From Botryllus schlosseri (taxonomy: Eukaryota), in contig CM119383.1 of the NCBI GenBank assembly GCA_051294905.1, positions 11,842,001 through 11,906,000 of the forward strand: 64,000 bases of DNA, read 5' to 3'. This document shows positions 59,132 to 64,000 of the stretch, piece after piece. The notes below the pieces were generated by a model that was not told the DNA's origin, did not search any database, and was given only the letters and a program-made list of their open reading frames with translations. Position numbers and translations under genes: made by a program. Positions within the stretch are counted from its first letter, which is position 1. Each line of letters opens with the position of its first letter.

Positions 59132-59960
59132 GGCTGACAATTAACTACACTGGAAAAAGAATGGCAGCCCTAATATGCTGGCGTCACAGATGATGACATT
59201 GAGATGCAGCTAATCCATCACATAATAGCTCTTTGTTATGCAAAAGCTCTTGTACCCAAATGACTTGTTCAAATCAAAAAGAATAGAAATACTTTTTAGG
59301 TTTTCACCGCTATTTATATTTCTTTATATGCACAAACGCACACACCACTTAATCATAGGTCTATACGAAATAATAAGCTGGAGCACGCAATTGTATGAAC
59401 CTTCGTAGGGGATCAATTGAAGATCGGAATGCTTACTGTTTTGTATGTAGGCTATCTTAATCGTTATATTTCTTAATAATGTTTACAACAATATAACATG
59501 AAGATTGCAAGAAACGTACAAAGGTATATAGCCTATTTACACTGTCTTTATTCTGCAGTAAATTATTTCTACCTTGTCCCCTGCTGCAGGGCGAGATTTA
59601 CTGAATTAGAGTTAACGACCTACAACAACGTAATTTCCACGATATGTCCCTGCTCGTCACCATTCCGACATATCTCCCCACAGAGACCGGTAAACCACCA
59701 TAGGTAGCTGGAAGCGCTTCTTCCGATCCACATCTTACACCTGTATGTATAATAATCACTATCGATCGCTCCGTGAAAATTCCATTGTCACAAAAAATAC
59801 GATAAAATATGTCTGGCGCTTGCCATCCAGCAATACAGCTTCAAGATCTATTCAAGGATTCGAAATAAGCCGATTTATTCGATTTATAGAGGTAGCCTTG
59901 GAAATCATAACATAATATGAATGAATGACAAGCAAACTCTCTGAAAAAACAAGGCTTATG

Positions 59961-59974
59961 GTTGCCGGGGATAC
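59961..59974. promoter_or_regulatory. Candidate RFX X-box about 830 bp upstream of the RSPH4/6 start codon
   Basis: GTTGCCGGGGATAC has one perfect GTTGCC half-site and a GTATCC-type second half. RFX control of motile-cilia genes is established. Motif match only. Confidence 0.3.
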
Positions 59975-62099
59975 GGGTTCCTCTTTTTTAATGTTGTTGG
60001 TTTATGGGGTTTATGTTGCCAAATCCACGTCAGGACTTCACAATGGAAATTCATCGTCCAGGCAACATTTTACTAATCATCAAAGTCCGATTGGTACATC
60101 ACTTATTCGATCGTATCGCAGTTGATAGACTTGCTGTACCCGAAGTAATAAGGTAGCTAACCAAATATTATAAGTTGAGCTGTATAAGTATAGGCCTAAT
60201 TACCCTGCATCATGCTATAGCCTACTGAGGCTGCTTAACAGGTTAATCCAGATATTCACTCAGCTACGCAGTGTAGGCCTACGTTTCAGCTTAAAATTAG
60301 TCTCGAATGACAGCTAGAACTGCAGACTTGTACAAACTCTACTACATTTTCAAAAAGCGCATCTAAGATCTAGAACTAGAACTAGTCAATTTTTAAAATT
60401 CGTCGCAACTATATCCAGAAGTAGGGGAGCCGGGGACCATCGTAACTAGGGTTACATATAAAACAAAAATCAATTTAAAACAAACATGTTTAAAACAAGG
60501 CCCTAATTCAAAACATGTCTCTTATTTTTTTCAAGACATGACGTCACGAATATTCAATTGTGACGTCATAGTGAATTGTCATTGACAATTGAAAATATAG
60601 GGTAAATATATAGCTATCCTTTGACGAAATATCTGTACTATTAATGTTGAACCGACTATTTTGAGGGTTCTAACCATCTCATATGGATATACGTCGGCTA
60701 TATCGGGTGGTAATTGTCCGTAGGCTCATACAACATGTTTTTTGGGAAGTATTTACACAATTATGGCATAATTTTACGACTAAAAAAAAACACATTTTTA
60801 TTTTATTTTAAAAGCCTTTATTTAAAACATTGTTTAAAACATGTTTTGAACAGAGTGTTTCAAAACACTGTTTGTTTTAAATATAACCCTTATTGTAAAA
60901 CTTTTTGTATTTTCTAACATTACGTGTTTTTCTCGTGGATATTTCATGTCCAAACTTTTATATAAAGAAGCCAACAACTCGATAGTTGATACAAAAACTA
61001 AAAGGGAACTCAATGAACATGAACAATCAATCATGGAAATTTTGGGTTGCGAAAATTGTCTCTCAAATGTTACAATCGCCCCGTACCCAGGCAATTATAG
61101 CAGTTCCGGGGTTTCGCGTCGTAGCTCAACGTAACTTCAGGTATGTTAGGAGACATAACTACCGCATGTGCACTCAAAATATGAAGGCGATTTCTCCATC
61201 CTACTATAGCGGTGAGGTCGATTGTTACATTTGTCCCCGGTCTCCCCTACCCAATTTTCGAAATCTGCAACTAGAACAAAGGGCGAAGCCAGAAAAAAGA
61301 TTTGGGGAGGCCTAAAAATTTGATGAGATAAAAGACGCCCTCTTTTAAAGATATGAAAATAATATAGTAAATGATTATGGTCTTGGGTCCTGATTGGATA
61401 TTATTGACGAAACTGTCATGATGATCTTTCATCACCCACAGACATAATGTTAAGGGGATCGTTGCCCCTAATTACGCGCCAGTCGCGAAAATATTCCGAA
61501 GTTAATGGTTGAATTTGGCAATAATATTGTTTCTTGCACTGGTGTTGGGCACTCCACATAGGGCAATCAACCGAACTCCTGGGGGTGGTGTCTTCGAAAG
61601 TTTAGGGCACGTTAATGATTGGGGGTTTTGTGGTGCGACTCTCTTACGGTCCTGCATATACGTTATCATAATAAGATTTATCGGTAGAGCTGATAAGAGA
61701 GGTGTCTTCAAAGATCTAGAAGACGCGCAATTATTGATCTCGAGCTATACGTCTATGCCACACGGTAAGACTATGGATGAGTTTCCGGAGGGTGAGCCTT
61801 GGGCGGGCCACATGTAATTACTTACTTAGTTGAAGAATGCTGTTATTTCGTGACCTCCGGAAGTTCGCTCACACGTAGGCCTACCACAATCAAATAAAAG
61901 AGAAATGTCTTTGGTGAGATGCGCACGATTCTCAATTTTCATTTACTCACGATGCGCCACATTTATTGCCTCTGCTCGTCGCATCCGCACCGCGAGAATA
62001 CGGTTGCAAGGACAGGGCCATCCCGCGCAATCTTCGGCCAAAGTCTATTCCAAGTCTTCACTTGACTTGTAGTGACTTGTTCGCAATGCTATAGGCCTA

Positions 62100-62475
62100 A
62101 CCCATCGTTTTTGTTAACGAATCTAATGCAATCATGCACACCGCGGCTCGGCCCTGCAGAAACGCTCATTCCGTCGGTATGATAAAGTCTTCTATAAAAA
62201 GTGTCAATTAAACCACCAGTCTGATTTCTGGCAACTTCCATAAGATGACTATCGAAATTTCCGTACTGGTATCATTGATTCTTTTCAAGGCAACCTTGCA
62301 ATCGTATTGTATTCGTCTTACTCTATTCTCAAAGTTTATTTAGTGTGTTCTGAATCAACATTGCTACGCCGTTCGGGCTTGATTGCTTTTTGTGTGTTGA
62401 GAATATCATCCGAAATATGCATGCTACCAACAAGGAGTTGCACCGAAGACCGTAGTGCAAAGTGTGTTTACAATC
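62100..62475 (+). pseudogene. Degenerate duplicate of the 3' part of MINPP1 (about 51525-51900)
   Basis: Colinear nucleotide matches, e.g. taatgcaatc / tgcagaaacgctcattccgt / atcgaaatttccg / aaccttgcaatc..ttgtattcgtct / caaagtttattt / ttcgggcttgattgcttttt / gaatatcatccgaaat / aggagttgc, with indels that break the frame. Confidence 0.85.
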
Positions 62476-62530
62476 ACACAGTTATAAAGATGCATCTCAT
62501 GAGTTGCAGCTGTACGTGTACAGTGTACTC

Positions 62531-63187
62531 TAGGGCTCTTCAAAAATGACTTTTTTTCTCAAATCGCACTGGCTACTTGATAAAATTGTTAGGTTACCTA
62601 ATTTAACCTACACACAAAATTTAGTTCAATTCCAGCAAGTAACTGCTTTGCTACAGGAGAAGCAAGTTTCTATTCATTATGTAAAAATAAATAATAAAAA
62701 ATTTAAAAATTTTCTGTTCACCCCATGAAAGTTCTATAGAAGCTATATACTCACCAAATTTGGTTCAATTCCAACCAGTGGAAGCGTAGTTATTACCGTC
62801 GAAAAATTTGGATTTGAATAAAATAGTATTTACGGTGACCAATTCTTTGTTTATTTATAACAGTTCTGCTCACCGTAAATACTATTTTATTCAAATCAAA
62901 ATTTTTCGACGGCAATAACTCCGCTTCCACTGGTTGGAATTGAACCAAATTAGGTGAGGATCGTTTCAATAGACAGCCTAACACTTTCATGGGGTGAACT
63001 GAAAATTTTAAAAAATTTTATTATTTATTTTTATATAATAAATAGAAACTTTCTTCTCCTGTAGCAAAGCGGTTACTGGCTGGGATTGAACCAAATTTTG
63101 TGTGTAGGCCTAAATTAGGTAACCTAACAATTTTATCAAGTAACCAGTATACAATTTGAGAAAAAAAGTCATTTTTGAAGGGCCCTA
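62531..63187. mobile_element. Foldback-like hAT MITE, a 657-bp near-palindrome
   Basis: TAGGGCTCTTCAAAAATGAC... mirrored by ...GTCATTTTTGAAGGGCCCTA. Arms about 310 bp. Flanks GTGTACTC / GTGTACAC (7/8). Confidence 0.9.
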
Positions 63188-64000
63188 GTGTACACTGTGA
63201 GATATCTTTAGGCACCATCGATAAGTACATTTATTAGGTGATAATGGTATTCAGCGTTGCATTAAATTCCCGGTTGATAAACGTTTTGCTTGTTATGAAT
63301 CTGTTTGTCCAGAGAAAAAGAGGTGGTCAAAGTAGTCAAGCTACTCAAGTAGAAGTATAAGTAGCGACGCAAAAAATACTCAAGTACGAGTAGAAGTAGT
63401 CATTTTAAATGCAGCGTGAAACTACTTGAAGAAGAAGTAGAATTGTAAAAACGATCATAATTCATTCGCATCAAAAGCTGCGAATTGAGCTATGCGAAAG
63501 GTGCAGAGCTTGATTCATATTGATGCATTCCAGGAGGTTTAAATGTTCGACAGCATAAGCATTCGTCCACATCATGGGATGAAAATGATAGCATCGATAT
63601 GGGAATGCGATACTAATCCTCTGTTTATTCGAGCACCCCAATTTAGAAAATATCGTGGTGTGGGCCCTTCTCCATGTTATAAGGCTCGTAGTTTGGTCGA
63701 AGAGCAGCGCGGAGAAGTGGTGGCGGATACGGTGTTAACTTTGCGCGATTAGTAAACGTTAGTAATAAATACGGCAGATCGTAAAAATGCCATACAGAGT
63801 GTAGTTTTATTTTCGGAAAACATAGGCATTTCTACACTTGCTTTTATACTTCAACATAAGTTATTCAGAAAAAAGAATGGAAACTAATTAGAACTCAAAG
63901 TATGCTACTGGGAACCAAATACAACTACTAAAAAGCGGAAATATATTTCATGTCTTTTGTCCAATGGTCTTCTAAAACATGTGGGCAAGAAAAAGTCGCA

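Noticed and set aside
55380-60900. Similar sequences on both sides of RSPH4/6 (about 55400-55640 and 60640-60900), suggesting a composite element carrying the gene
   Set aside because: The copies are considerably diverged and no shared TSD or defined ends were found. Two independent insertions of a dispersed repeat are simpler.
60946-61817. ORFs of 62-109 aa, one with a hydrophobic N-terminus (61509)
   Set aside because: They have no known motifs or supported exon structure, lie among repeats, and are within chance length.

Overview
Eukaryotic, AT-rich, transposon-dense genomic DNA from an invertebrate. Gene structures suggest a chordate, possibly an ascidian (inference only). Seven protein-coding genes can be reconstructed by hand. 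(1) A 5'-partial tandem-repeat (two-CRD) galectin, exons 481-18429. (2) A complete paralogous two-CRD galectin, 22091-28315, with a GC-AG intron. (3) An intronless zeta-crystallin/quinone oxidoreductase, 36777-37784. (4) A 9-exon acetyl-CoA transporter SLC33A1, 38464-48846. (5) An 8-exon PhyH-family Fe(II)/2-oxoglutarate dioxygenase nested antisense in SLC33A1 intron 4, 43027-46757. (6) An intronless MINPP1 with a C-terminal KDEL, 50542-51918. (7) An intronless radial spoke head RSPH4/6 protein on the minus strand, 57575-59131. A decayed copy of the MINPP1 3' end lies at about 62100-62475. Introns and intergenic DNA hold many hAT-type non-autonomous elements with readable 8-bp target-site duplications (TSDs), often nested. 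They also hold an internally deleted Bel/Pao LTR element with an open 570-aa gag ORF, two tRNA-SINE families, foldback hairpins, a Chapaev-like transposase relic, and a 5.7-kb TIR element with a 9-bp TSD and a 41-bp tandem array. The most interesting signals are the reciprocal loss of sugar-binding residues between the two galectins, the nested dioxygenase, and the multi-level transposon nests. All exon models are manual and no database searches were run.
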